This document shows positions 1 through 9,883 of a stretch of 64,000 nt of DNA, in pieces; the first letter of the stretch is position 1, and the number at the start of each line of letters is the position of its first letter. The notes below the pieces were generated by a model. It saw only the letters and a list, made by a program, of their open reading frames with translations, was not told where the DNA came from and ran no database searches. The position numbers and the translations under genes are program-made. The stretch is from a virus. The stretch covers positions 301 to 64,300 of IMG/VR virus record IMGVR_UViG_3300017912_003659. The stretch is one strand, 5' to 3'.

Positions 1-2
1 AT

Positions 3-266
3 ACTAAAAAGATAGATGAATCAGTACTAGGAGCAGCAGTAGCTGGTTTAGTAGGTGGATATATAATCTCACGCCTAAAGGGTGATGATGCCAAGGCTCG
101 AAAGATTGCAAATAAAGTTACACAACTAGACAATGAAATAGCCACTGATCTAAGAAAGATAGACAAAAAAGTTAAATCAAACAAAAAGGCTGTTGAAAAA
201 CAAATAGCAAAAATGTCCTCTAAAGATAGAGCTAGAATAGACTATATGCTTAGAGGCCTAAAGTAG
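3..266 (+). CDS. partial CDS (5' end outside window); hypothetical, coiled-coil/Gly-rich hydrophobic N-terminal part
   Basis: Frame open from base 3 to TAG 264-266: ..KIDESVLGAAVAGLVGGYIISRLKGDDAKARKIANKVTQLDNEIATDLRKIDKKVKSNKK..; immediately upstream of the tape-measure-like gene. Confidence 0.6.
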   Translation, partial: TKKIDESVLGAAVAGLVGGYIISRLKGDDAKARKIANKVTQLDNEIATDLRKIDKKVKSNKKAVEKQIAKMSSKDRARIDYMLRGLK

Positions 267-275
267 GAAAAGCAA

Positions 276-2570
276 ATGCCTGCTGCGAGCAGAGAAGAAC
301 TCAGTATACTAAAGCAGATTAAACAAGTAAAAGAGGATATTGACAAGTTAGACAATATTAAGATGCAGGGTGAGTCTCTGACAAAAGAACAGTCAAAACA
401 GTATAATCAACTTGAAAGAGACCTTAAAAGTTTAGAACAACAAACAGTTACAACAGCAGGAAAAACTCAAATACTGATAGAAGCTTTTAAAGATGCATCA
501 TCAGCTACAGAAACAGCAACCAAAAATTTTAAGAAGTTATCAGACTCAAATGTAGAAAAGAACTTAAGAGATCTAGCTAAAATAGGTCAAGAATCTGCAA
601 AAGCTATATCAAATATATCTCTTTCATTAGAAGATTTACAAGCTACAGGTAAAGGTGGAACTGATCTCGCAAGAGGACTAGAATCTTATTTAGCTATAGA
701 GCAGGATATTGCTGCAATATCAAAAGATAAATCAGCTCTCGCAACAGCTGACTTAGGTAAACTGCAAACAGAAATTATGATGACAAGAGATCTTTTGATC
801 TTAGACGGGCAAGCAACAGATGAACAATTAAAACAGTTAGACATAGCAGAAGACAAGATAAGAAACCTAAGAAAGCAGCAGTTTAGAGAAGACCAACTAA
901 ATACACAAAGATCAAAAGCTGTAGAATTGCAACAAAAGATGGATGAGTTTATGGGGCAGTTCAATACAAAAGCAGGCGCTGCTGTCGCAATATTTACAGG
1001 AATCACAAAGATATTACAATTTGGTGCAAAAGAAACTTTAGCTATTCAGAGCAGTATCGGTGGCACACTAGGAGATTCAGCATCATTAGCTGCAAACTTT
1101 AATATGAATGTTGGATTGGTTGGTCAATTGGGAACTAGACTAACAGGTGTGACAAAGAATATAAGAGATGCAGCAATTCAATCCGCACTAGCAGCTGACA
1201 ATCTTGATATGATGAACAATCTCGCAGTTGCGACTTCAGATGCTGCACTTGCAATGCAAGTAGGATTAGACCCAAGTAATATTGCACAGCTAGCTCAGAC
1301 AATGTCTGAAGTAACAGATGCATCACGTGAGGGAGCATCTGCACAATTAGTAACTGTACAAGCTCTTGCAATGCAAAATAGAGTTGCACCTGCAAAAGTA
1401 TTTGAAAGCATGTCACAAAATGCAACAGTACTAGCAGCTATGACAGATGGTTCTGCAGATTCTATGGGCAGGCTTGCCGTTCTAGCAGCAAAGGCTGGTG
1501 TTGAATTAAGTCAGTTAGAATCAATAGCAGATAGCTTATTAAATATAGAAACATCAATAGCTGCAGAGTTTGAAGCCGAAGTATTATTAGGAAGACAATT
1601 AAATTTAGATGCAGCTAGAAGATTTGCACTAAACAATGACAATGAAGGCTTAATAAGAGAAATACAAAAGAATTTACAGGGTACAAGTTTTGGCGAGCTA
1701 AACAGACTACAGAGACAATCACTCGCTGCTGCTCTAGGAACTGATGTAGCTTCACTAGGTAGAATAATTGCTAGATCAGGAAGCGGTGAAATTGAAGACG
1801 TTGCACAACAGCAATTAAAAACAACTGGAGAGCTTGTTAAACAAGGTGCAACTTCTAATGATTTATTAGGAAAAATATTACAAGCAGTTGTCTTTCTTGG
1901 AACAGCTAGCGCTATGAGTGGACTCGGTTCAATTGCTAGTGGAAGAGGAGGACTTGGTGGTTTTATGAGAGGAAAGGGAGGACCCCTTACAAAGTCAGGA
2001 AGACCTGATATGAGATTTAAAGCAAATCAAGGTGCTCGGGGCTTTATGAGGAATAATCCATTGATGAGAAGAATTCCTATTGCAGGCGCTGGTTTAGGTA
2101 TAGGGTTGGATGCACTTAATAATTTCGAAGCCTCTGGAGGAGACCTCCTGCAAACTGTCAGCTCTACAGCATATCAAAATAAATTTGCTGCTTTGGGTGC
2201 TACATTAGGTCTTCTTGGAGGACCGTTTGCTCCTCTTACTTCCGGAACAGGATTTTTAGTAGGTTCAGGATTAGATTTTATCAACAATGCGTTTTTAGGA
2301 GGTTTGGCAAATGGAGGTCCAGTAACAGAATCAGGTGTTGCAATGGTAGGTGAAAGAGGTCCAGAGCTAGTAGCATTAGGTCGTGGATCACACGTAGTTC
2401 CGAATCACTATTTAGGTGGTTATCAAGACGGCGCTACAAATATGAAAATATCAGATCCAGATACACATCGTGCATTGATGACAATAGCATCACACTTAGA
2501 ATCAATTAACACAAACACAGCTAACACATCAAAAGGTGTTGGTAATATAAGCATAGCGACAGGTAAATAA
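276..2570 (+). CDS. tail tape-measure-like structural protein
   Basis: 764 aa, coiled-coil N-term, central Gly/Ala-rich hydrophobic region, C-terminal FANGGPVTESGVAMVGERGPELVALGRGSHVVPN-type motif typical of tape measure proteins. Confidence 0.7.
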   Translation: MPAASREELSILKQIKQVKEDIDKLDNIKMQGESLTKEQSKQYNQLERDLKSLEQQTVTTAGKTQILIEAFKDASSATETATKNFKKLSDSNVEKNLRDLAKIGQESAKAISNISLSLEDLQATGKGGTDLARGLESYLAIEQDIAAISKDKSALATADLGKLQTEIMMTRDLLILDGQATDEQLKQLDIAEDKIRNLRKQQFREDQLNTQRSKAVELQQKMDEFMGQFNTKAGAAVAIFTGITKILQFGAKETLAIQSSIGGTLGDSASLAANFNMNVGLVGQLGTRLTGVTKNIRDAAIQSALAADNLDMMNNLAVATSDAALAMQVGLDPSNIAQLAQTMSEVTDASREGASAQLVTVQALAMQNRVAPAKVFESMSQNATVLAAMTDGSADSMGRLAVLAAKAGVELSQLESIADSLLNIETSIAAEFEAEVLLGRQLNLDAARRFALNNDNEGLIREIQKNLQGTSFGELNRLQRQSLAAALGTDVASLGRIIARSGSGEIEDVAQQQLKTTGELVKQGATSNDLLGKILQAVVFLGTASAMSGLGSIASGRGGLGGFMRGKGGPLTKSGRPDMRFKANQGARGFMRNNPLMRRIPIAGAGLGIGLDALNNFEASGGDLLQTVSSTAYQNKFAALGATLGLLGGPFAPLTSGTGFLVGSGLDFINNAFLGGLANGGPVTESGVAMVGERGPELVALGRGSHVVPNHYLGGYQDGATNMKISDPDTHRALMTIASHLESINTNTANTSKGVGNISIATGK

Positions 2571-5095
2571 TGGCACTAGCAGATTTAGATATTAAAAAAA
2601 TAAGAAGCTTTACATACTCAGTGTCTAGCGAACCGCAGACTTTTGTCGCAAACGGTCAGACAGTATCAGGTGTCAAAAATCCAATAGAACAAAATTTCGT
2701 TGACTTACCAGATAGATTTTCTTCAAAGACTGGTGCTACACCTTTTGATAATTTTGTTGGTAATGAAAATAGAACACAAACATTTACAACAAATGGAAGA
2801 GCAGGACAATATATTGTTACAGGAATAAAAGGCGCAAAATCATCAGATATAGAAGTTTTAAAATCAAACAGTCTTATTATTAAGTCTTATGATGAAGCAC
2901 TATCTGAGGGCACAATGTTTAATTTTCTAACAGAGAATCCAACACTAGGGTTTAGACAGATACCGTTTGGATTTAAAGACTTAGGAATAAAAAGTTTAAC
3001 ATCATCACCAGAAAGATTTGTATCACCTCAAGTGAATCAACATAATTCAATGACAAGAGGCGGATTATTTACTGACCCTATTGTTGAACACGATCAATTT
3101 ATATTAAGCGACTCAGGAATATTAGGTGCATTTAAAACAAGTCAAATATTATTACAAGCAGACGCAATACACCAAGACGGCTTAGGTCTAAATCAATTAT
3201 TTAATTCAATACAGTTTGATGGAAATTTAAATCCAGGAACCAGAGTTTATAGACACGGTCTAATAGGCTTACCAGTTCCAAGATATGCACCTCAGCCAGG
3301 ACCTAATATAAATCCTGACGGTCTTTTCGGCTTATTTAAAATCGATCTCTCAGGAATAGAAAATGCAATATCAGATAATTTAGCAGGAAGCATTCCTTAT
3401 GAAGATATAGGAAAAGGCACACCAAAAATATTAGGATTATACAATAGCTTAATGCTACATCAGACACCTGAAAAGTCTGAAGGAGGAGGATTCTTTGCAG
3501 GCTTATTAGATACACTACAAACATCAGCACCAATACTATTTCAAGATCCGTATCCTATTGTCCCATCAGTTAATGTTGTTAATTCACCTTCAACATTTGA
3601 TGGTGTGAACCAAGCTTATCACAAAGACAGTATTTATGGAACAAAAGCTGACTATGTTGCACCAAGTGGAAAAGGTAACATATTCGGAATAAATTTAGTA
3701 TCAGAAAAATATGATTTCTTTTCAAAATCAAAGCCGACAAATTTTAAATTAAGACAAGACGTTGTTACTAGTGACACAAGCAAATCTACATTTGCAGATG
3801 CTCAAGAATCTAAAGTAGATAGTTTAGGTAGCAAACCAAAGCCGCCTTTAGAATCAAAAATAGTAGATATGATACCGCAGTCAGTAGGAGGTGTAACAGA
3901 TCCTACAACTGGAATTCAGACACTTGATAAAGGACTTAATAGAGGATTAGACGGATCAAAAGATAAGTATAGCACACTATCTTACAGTGCATTAGGTGCC
4001 TCTGATAATGGAGATCAAATAGATCCAGGTGGCGCAAAATCACTCATGTATGACAAAACATTAAGAAGTCCGTCTGAAATAAACTTAACAGCTTTACCTG
4101 GTGTAGGAGGAGATGGAGAAGATAGAAATAGTCAAACCATAGAAGAAAGAGTAAATGCTTTGAGTGGTCCACGTGCTGATGAATATATAGACAAAAATTT
4201 AGGCGCAAGAGATCATTATCAAAAGAAAGTTTATGCAATCGGTAAGCAAGGTGTTAGAGCAGTATTGACAGATAGTTCTAGAAAAACAAATGAAGCAGAG
4301 CCGTTCAGAGGTGTAATAAGAAAAGGTGGTGAAGCAGGCGATAAGTTTGTATCAGACGCTGTTGATAAAGTAAACATATTACCGTATGGAGGAAATGTTA
4401 CACAAGATAAAGCAAACGGACCTACTTCAGATGAATTACATAATAGTGCAGAAGAACTTGACTTTGTACCTTTAGTTTTTGAAGATGTATACAATAAGAA
4501 ATCAATTGTATTTAGATCAATATTAGGAGACATCACAGACACTATAACACCTGACTGGACACAAAAAGATTATATTGGAAGACCTCAAAAGTCTGCTGTT
4601 TATAAAGGTGTTGGAAGAACAATTGGATTTAATTTTTCTATTTATCCGAAAACAAAACAAGAATTTCCAGTACTATTAGAAAAAGTAAACTATCTTGTAG
4701 GACAATGTTATCCGAATTTAGACAAAAATTTAAGGCAAACTGGACCGATGATAAGGCTGACAATAGGAGATATTTTATACAAACAGCTAGGATATATTAC
4801 TGGCTGTACTGTTACATTTCCAAATACGAGCACATGGGAGCTAGATCCAGGTTTAAGATTCACAAAGCTAATCACTGTACAAATTGAATACACACATATT
4901 GGTGGTTATGTTCCTGTTGCTACAGGAAAACACTACGGCTTACCGTGGTTACAAGGTGGAAGATACAGTGGAGGAAATGTTAAATTTAATAATTATCCTA
5001 ATAGAGAAGACGGCAAGTCTGGCGCAGAATCACCGCCAAATGCCATAGGAAATTACAGAGCGCTATTTCAAGAACTAGGACAACAGAATAAATAA
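2570..5095 (+). CDS. large tail/baseplate structural protein
   Basis: 841 aa; overlapping start with upstream tail gene; C-term region (GRTIGFNFSIYPKTKQEFPVLLEKVNYLVGQCYP..) resembles tail/baseplate proteins; neighbours gp53-like gene. Confidence 0.55.
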   Translation: MALADLDIKKIRSFTYSVSSEPQTFVANGQTVSGVKNPIEQNFVDLPDRFSSKTGATPFDNFVGNENRTQTFTTNGRAGQYIVTGIKGAKSSDIEVLKSNSLIIKSYDEALSEGTMFNFLTENPTLGFRQIPFGFKDLGIKSLTSSPERFVSPQVNQHNSMTRGGLFTDPIVEHDQFILSDSGILGAFKTSQILLQADAIHQDGLGLNQLFNSIQFDGNLNPGTRVYRHGLIGLPVPRYAPQPGPNINPDGLFGLFKIDLSGIENAISDNLAGSIPYEDIGKGTPKILGLYNSLMLHQTPEKSEGGGFFAGLLDTLQTSAPILFQDPYPIVPSVNVVNSPSTFDGVNQAYHKDSIYGTKADYVAPSGKGNIFGINLVSEKYDFFSKSKPTNFKLRQDVVTSDTSKSTFADAQESKVDSLGSKPKPPLESKIVDMIPQSVGGVTDPTTGIQTLDKGLNRGLDGSKDKYSTLSYSALGASDNGDQIDPGGAKSLMYDKTLRSPSEINLTALPGVGGDGEDRNSQTIEERVNALSGPRADEYIDKNLGARDHYQKKVYAIGKQGVRAVLTDSSRKTNEAEPFRGVIRKGGEAGDKFVSDAVDKVNILPYGGNVTQDKANGPTSDELHNSAEELDFVPLVFEDVYNKKSIVFRSILGDITDTITPDWTQKDYIGRPQKSAVYKGVGRTIGFNFSIYPKTKQEFPVLLEKVNYLVGQCYPNLDKNLRQTGPMIRLTIGDILYKQLGYITGCTVTFPNTSTWELDPGLRFTKLITVQIEYTHIGGYVPVATGKHYGLPWLQGGRYSGGNVKFNNYPNREDGKSGAESPPNAIGNYRALFQELGQQNK

Positions 5096-5403
5096 TGTTT
5101 AACAGATATAGAAATATTAGAAAAAAGATCGATGAAAAGACTGGACTAAATTATAGAGTTCCTGTTTTGTATCCAAAAATAGAAGAGAGAGATGATGATA
5201 TTCTTCACACAGTTGTTATAGGAGAGCGGCTTGATCTTTTAGCTTTTAGATATTTTAATGATTCTGGTTTGTGGTGGATAATAAGCAGAGCAAACGGATT
5301 AGACCCAAGTATAATATCACCTGAAGTAGGAAAAGAATTAAAAATACCACAAAATGTCGGAGACATCCTCACAAGATTTCAAACACTAAATAGTACAGAG
5401 TAA
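5095..5403 (+). CDS. gp53-like baseplate wedge protein (LysM-like)
   Basis: 102 aa, HTVVIGERLDLLAFRYFNDSGLWWIISRANGLDP..IPQNVGDIL, a LysM-like fold signature as in T4 gp53 family. Confidence 0.7.
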   Translation: MFNRYRNIRKKIDEKTGLNYRVPVLYPKIEERDDDILHTVVIGERLDLLAFRYFNDSGLWWIISRANGLDPSIISPEVGKELKIPQNVGDILTRFQTLNSTE

Positions 5404-5412
5404 GGTTTTAAA

Positions 5413-8400
5413 ATGACTGGTAAAAATATACCTGAAGAAATACGCAAAGGTCTAGATGCAAGACTAGAAGGTATGAGCACTTTTGGTGAAACTACATTAA
5501 GATCACCTGCATTAGGACCTGTGTCTGAAGAAACAGAAGAATTTAGATTATCAAGAGAGGCAGTTGAAAACTGTTCGCCATACGTAAGGATGATAGGTGG
5601 CGGAGTAGGTGACTCATTCTATGTTATGTCGGGAATGTTTAATACAGATTCTAATCCTGAAGCTTTCGAGGCAATACAATCAGACATAAATTATATTAAT
5701 TCCAGACCCTCGACATCAAACCTGACAGGAGCAGAATCTTACTATGAGCTAGGTAAAAGTGAAGATATAAGAGAAAAAAGGTTTGGTTATAAGGAGCCTG
5801 GGATAAATACTCTTTCTGTAACTAATCTTTCTGATGGTCTAAAAGGAGGCGCAGTAAAACAAGCTGTAGTACAATTTACAGTATGGAGAATGAATCAATT
5901 AGATGAATTTCAAAGATTATCTTTTTTATCTTTAGGTGCAACTGTAATAATAGACTGGGGATGGGTAAGAGGTGATAAAAGCATACAATCAATTTTAGAG
6001 CCACCTTCAATAGTTGTTAAAGACGGAGACAAAGTTTCATTAGACTTTGACTTATTTAAAGAAGAAACTGTAGACGGAAAGACGCAGGCAAGTGAATGGG
6101 TAAAACATTCTAAAAAGAAATACGGTGACTGGGACGGCTTAATAGGTGTTGTAACAAAAGTAGACTGGAATGTAAATGAAGAGGGAGCATTTGAATGCAG
6201 TGCTACAGTCCAGGGAAAAGGCTCACATGCTTTTGAAGATCCAATTACAATTAAAGAAAGACATAATGGAGTTACACCGTTATATGCATCAGAAACAGGT
6301 GTACAGGACATAGAGACTTTTAGGTATGCGTGGTATAAAAAAGTAGAAAAGAAAATAGAAACATTAACACTCAAAGAGCAAGAAGCACTACAAGCAGTCA
6401 GCATAGAAGACGCTGAAAATAATGCTCGCACAGGTCCAGAAGCAAGCTTGCCAGAAAGAATATCAGGATTAGATGTAGAAATATTAACAAAACTTTTCCA
6501 AGGTCTTCAAGACGCTAAGAACAAGGTAAAAAGTTCAGATCCAGTAGCTGCTATGTCTTCGGGACAAGAAGTCGCGCTGATCTATTACCCTTATGAAAAA
6601 TTAGATGAAAAAGGAAAAGGAACAGGAAAATATGATACAAATGTTTTATCACAAGATGAAAAGACAGAAGAATATTATCAAAACACTCAATTTAGATATG
6701 ATATGTGGATCAACTGGGGTTGGTTTGAAGATAATGTTGTCTCTTATTATGCACGCAGGTTTGGAGATAATGCACCTCCGTCAGCAGTATTTAGGTCTAT
6801 AGATTCTGAAGGAATGCCAATTCGTATTAAGAATGATCCAAATTTAAAGACACTCACAAATAGCTATTTGCTACCAGGACAGACACCGATTGACTGGATA
6901 CCTGATCAAATAGGAGACGCAAAAAATTCTCAAAAAAATCCTTACAAAACGCTTGCTGAGCTCATAAATCAAGCGCCAGAATTTGCAATGCCAGGAGATC
7001 AAAATTCAGGAATATTAAGACATGTTTACGTCAACATAAATTTAATAAAAAGTGTATTTACAAATCCAGGTATTTCTATCAGCGGTGGAATGTTAATGTT
7101 AGCAGAAGCTCTAAACTCTCCGATTCCACTTTGGAATTTTGAAATACAAATAAATGATGAAGGATCTACTGCTGATAACGGAAAAATTCCGACAACTTAC
7201 TCTATAGTCGATAATAGAGCAAGAAAATCTTATTCTGGTTCCGATGTCCTTGATCCTGGTAAGTCTTATATATTTGAAAACAATGGTTTAAACTCACTGG
7301 TAAAAAGTTGTAATGTTTCAACAGACATCAGCTCACGATTAGGAGCTGCAATGTATTTTGGAAGACAAAAAGCAAGGACAGGTATCTTAGAAAAAATAGT
7401 CAAACAAAACGAGATGCCGTTTCCAGATGAACAAGAAGCAATGAATCTTGCAAGCTTTTATGCAATTAATAATCAAACACTATCTTCAATTGACATGGGT
7501 GACCCACTGTCGCAAGTTTTAAACCAAGGAGCATCTGGAGAAGCTGCAAATCCGGGTAGAAAATTTAACTATGGTACAGCAGATCCTTTAGGAGAATTAA
7601 AAGATGAAGGATTAGAAGGTAATCAGTGGAATCACGATATAGCAATAGAACAGCTAAGACTATATCCTACATCACTTGGAGCAAGACTAGACCAATATAA
7701 TAGGACGATGAAACAAGTTATGGAATTTGGAAGTGGTGATATAGACGCAAAAAAAGTTATAGAAGATACAGATGATAGTCTTAAAGATAAGATAAAAGAA
7801 TTACAGATGTATGCTTTTCCAACAATACAAGAGCAAGATATAATTAAAAAAGATGATCCTGATGAAGCTAGAAAGAGAAAACTTGCATTGTATCCGTATC
7901 AGGACGGACTCAACATGCATTTTAACTGGTTGAGAACACTTGACTTATTGTTAAATGAAAATCCAGTAACATCATTATTACAAGAAGCCGCAATGGACGA
8001 AGTTACTTTTCTTCCTATAAAATGCACAATAGAAATTGATGGAATTGGCGGATTAAACTTATTAGACATGTTTAGGCTTTCTTATTTGCCCCCAATGTAC
8101 AAACAAGGAGGTGATCAGCCAGGAACTTATTTCGTAATAATAAACTTAAATCACACAATAGACCAAGACGGATGGAAAACAGAAATTACAGGACAAATAC
8201 AGATTGATAATGATAGATACTTTGATGTTGGAGACCAAAGAGACAAAGAAGAAAAAATTAAAGACGCACTTCAAGAAGCATTTGGAGAAACACTAGAAGA
8301 AGCAACAGCACCTATACTATCAGATGACGAAGATGAGCCCACACCACAGCTAAGCTCAGAGCTACCACCGCCTAGACCTTTACCTCTTACAATTTTAGAA

Positions 8401-8682
8401 CCTGATGATCAAATAAAAGATACAATAATATTTGACCCTAATGATACAGAAGGAATACACAGAATAGGTGATCCAAATACAAGAGTAGTAGATCAATTAG
8501 AAGGTCCTCAAGGACCAGGAACAAGCAGGTGGAATTATTTTGATTATGATGGACTATCAAATTTTATGTCACCAGACAAAACAGATGGCGGTTTTAATGT
8601 GTATGAGAGAGTAAACGACAAGCTGTCAGGCAGAGCGACAAGATTTCCTGGCAGGAGTTTTGCAAATCCTGAAGGAGACTAA
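5413..8682 (+). CDS. large baseplate/tail structural protein
   Basis: 1089 aa ORF in structural operon; Pro-rich C-term; position next to gp53-like. Confidence 0.5.
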   Translation: MTGKNIPEEIRKGLDARLEGMSTFGETTLRSPALGPVSEETEEFRLSREAVENCSPYVRMIGGGVGDSFYVMSGMFNTDSNPEAFEAIQSDINYINSRPSTSNLTGAESYYELGKSEDIREKRFGYKEPGINTLSVTNLSDGLKGGAVKQAVVQFTVWRMNQLDEFQRLSFLSLGATVIIDWGWVRGDKSIQSILEPPSIVVKDGDKVSLDFDLFKEETVDGKTQASEWVKHSKKKYGDWDGLIGVVTKVDWNVNEEGAFECSATVQGKGSHAFEDPITIKERHNGVTPLYASETGVQDIETFRYAWYKKVEKKIETLTLKEQEALQAVSIEDAENNARTGPEASLPERISGLDVEILTKLFQGLQDAKNKVKSSDPVAAMSSGQEVALIYYPYEKLDEKGKGTGKYDTNVLSQDEKTEEYYQNTQFRYDMWINWGWFEDNVVSYYARRFGDNAPPSAVFRSIDSEGMPIRIKNDPNLKTLTNSYLLPGQTPIDWIPDQIGDAKNSQKNPYKTLAELINQAPEFAMPGDQNSGILRHVYVNINLIKSVFTNPGISISGGMLMLAEALNSPIPLWNFEIQINDEGSTADNGKIPTTYSIVDNRARKSYSGSDVLDPGKSYIFENNGLNSLVKSCNVSTDISSRLGAAMYFGRQKARTGILEKIVKQNEMPFPDEQEAMNLASFYAINNQTLSSIDMGDPLSQVLNQGASGEAANPGRKFNYGTADPLGELKDEGLEGNQWNHDIAIEQLRLYPTSLGARLDQYNRTMKQVMEFGSGDIDAKKVIEDTDDSLKDKIKELQMYAFPTIQEQDIIKKDDPDEARKRKLALYPYQDGLNMHFNWLRTLDLLLNENPVTSLLQEAAMDEVTFLPIKCTIEIDGIGGLNLLDMFRLSYLPPMYKQGGDQPGTYFVIINLNHTIDQDGWKTEITGQIQIDNDRYFDVGDQRDKEEKIKDALQEAFGETLEEATAPILSDDEDEPTPQLSSELPPPRPLPLTILEPDDQIKDTIIFDPNDTEGIHRIGDPNTRVVDQLEGPQGPGTSRWNYFDYDGLSNFMSPDKTDGGFNVYERVNDKLSGRATRFPGRSFANPEGD

Positions 8683-8684
8683 AA

Positions 8685-9374
8685 ATGATTGAAAGAGCAA
8701 AAGTAGGAATAACAGACTCAGGTCAATTTGTTTATGCTGTAAAAGACACAGAGGGAAATGTCGTACCAGTAAGAAAAGACCAGATATACATGAAAGAGTA
8801 TACAGACTCAAAAGCTGTAATATATAGACTTTTTAATACTAAAGAGAGAATAATAAAATTAGAAGAAAATGACATGATCGCTGTTTATAAGCGGACAGGA
8901 AAAGCTAGAAAAAGAGATGAATATCCTGTCAAAACTTATCCAACATCAACAAACCTAGCAGGAAAGAAATTTATTACAAGATACTTTGCTCAGAACAAGA
9001 TTAGTGATGCAAAAGAAATAATTGAAGTAGAAGGTATAACAAATTCAACTTCTTATAACTTTGTACAGATAAAATGGCAAGTAGCAGGAAGTTTAAAACA
9101 AGCAAAAGTATTTAATGAAAAACAACTTATAGATGCTGAAGGTGCAATACCAGGCATTTCTGACATATTACCTCTTGATCAATTACATATATCAAAATTT
9201 ATGTTTGCTTCAAGTCTGAGACCTGAGTATCAAAATCAATCAGAATCACAACCTTCAGAAGAACAAACAACAACACAAAGTGAAACAACACAGACTGCTC
9301 CTGCACAGCCACAGTCACCTACTGGACCACCTCCTGGTGTAGTCACAGGTGGCGCAGGCGGCGGTGGTTACTAA
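8685..9374 (+). CDS. hypothetical structural protein with low-complexity Q/T/P/G tail
   Basis: 229 aa, last gene of the structural operon, followed directly by terminator hairpin. Confidence 0.5.
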   Translation: MIERAKVGITDSGQFVYAVKDTEGNVVPVRKDQIYMKEYTDSKAVIYRLFNTKERIIKLEENDMIAVYKRTGKARKRDEYPVKTYPTSTNLAGKKFITRYFAQNKISDAKEIIEVEGITNSTSYNFVQIKWQVAGSLKQAKVFNEKQLIDAEGAIPGISDILPLDQLHISKFMFASSLRPEYQNQSESQPSEEQTTTQSETTQTAPAQPQSPTGPPPGVVTGGAGGGGY

Positions 9375-9397
9375 AAAGCCCCTTTTGACAGGGGCTT
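9373..9397 (-). terminator. rho-independent terminator between convergent genes (best on minus strand, possibly bidirectional)
   Basis: AAGCCCC(9376-9382)/GGGGCTT(9391-9397) stem, 8-nt loop; A tract at 9373-9377 gives a T tract on the minus strand. Confidence 0.75.
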
Positions 9398-9411
9398 AAT
9401 TAGATTCAATC

Positions 9412-9753
9412 TTAATCTGAGATTTTAATTGGAAGTTTATAACGAACTCTTACAGGTCGACCGTTTTGTCGTGCAGGATGGTATGCAGTGTCTTTAATTT
9501 TATCCAAAATAATATCATTAAAAGCAGTGTTAAACGTATCTAATATAACAGCATCATTTACGTGACCGTTTTCGTCAACTTCAAATTCAACGTGAATTAT
9601 TCCTGTATCGTTAAATCCGCTAACAATTGGTAATTCATGTGAAAGTAAGCTAAACTCTTTTTTTGGTATGGGTGGATGACTCCTTTCATCTTCGAATGAA
9701 AAGTTCTGGGCCGCCACCAAGCCCATTAGCATTAAAAATGCTATGTTCCTCAT
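9412..9753 (-). CDS. secreted protein with TonB C-terminal-like domain
   Basis: 113 aa; signal-peptide-like MRNIAFLMLMGLVAAQ; IIHVEFEVDENGHVNDAVILDTFNTAFNDIILDKIKDTAYHPARQNGRPVRVRYKLPIKI matches TonB_C pattern (..F.V...G.V....V..S.......A......W.F.PA...G.PV.v....pi.F). Confidence 0.75.
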   Translation of the reverse strand: MRNIAFLMLMGLVAAQNFSFEDERSHPPIPKKEFSLLSHELPIVSGFNDTGIIHVEFEVDENGHVNDAVILDTFNTAFNDIILDKIKDTAYHPARQNGRPVRVRYKLPIKISD

Positions 9754-9865
9754 TGTCCTTCTCCTATTTTTCGGTGTTTTTAGAGAATCTAAATATAGGT
9801 TATAAAAAGTTAAAATCAGCTTCTACAAAAAAATAACATAATCCTAACATTTTCCTAACATAACT

Positions 9866-9878
9866 CTATATATATAAG
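9866..9878 (+). promoter_or_regulatory. putative promoter element CTATATATATAAG
   Basis: AT-rich box directly upstream of the polA-like gene in the divergent intergenic; similar boxes at 16393 and 52882. Confidence 0.35.
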
Positions 9879-9883
9879 TATAA

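Noticed and set aside
686-1425. Minus-strand ORFs (106 and 96 aa) inside the tape-measure-like gene
   Set aside because: Leu/Cys/Ser-rich antisense translations of the tape-measure-like gene; no independent support.
5910-6431. 173 aa minus-strand ORF inside the baseplate gene
   Set aside because: Low-complexity antisense artefact; plus-strand gene spans it fully and no RBS/promoter context is visible.
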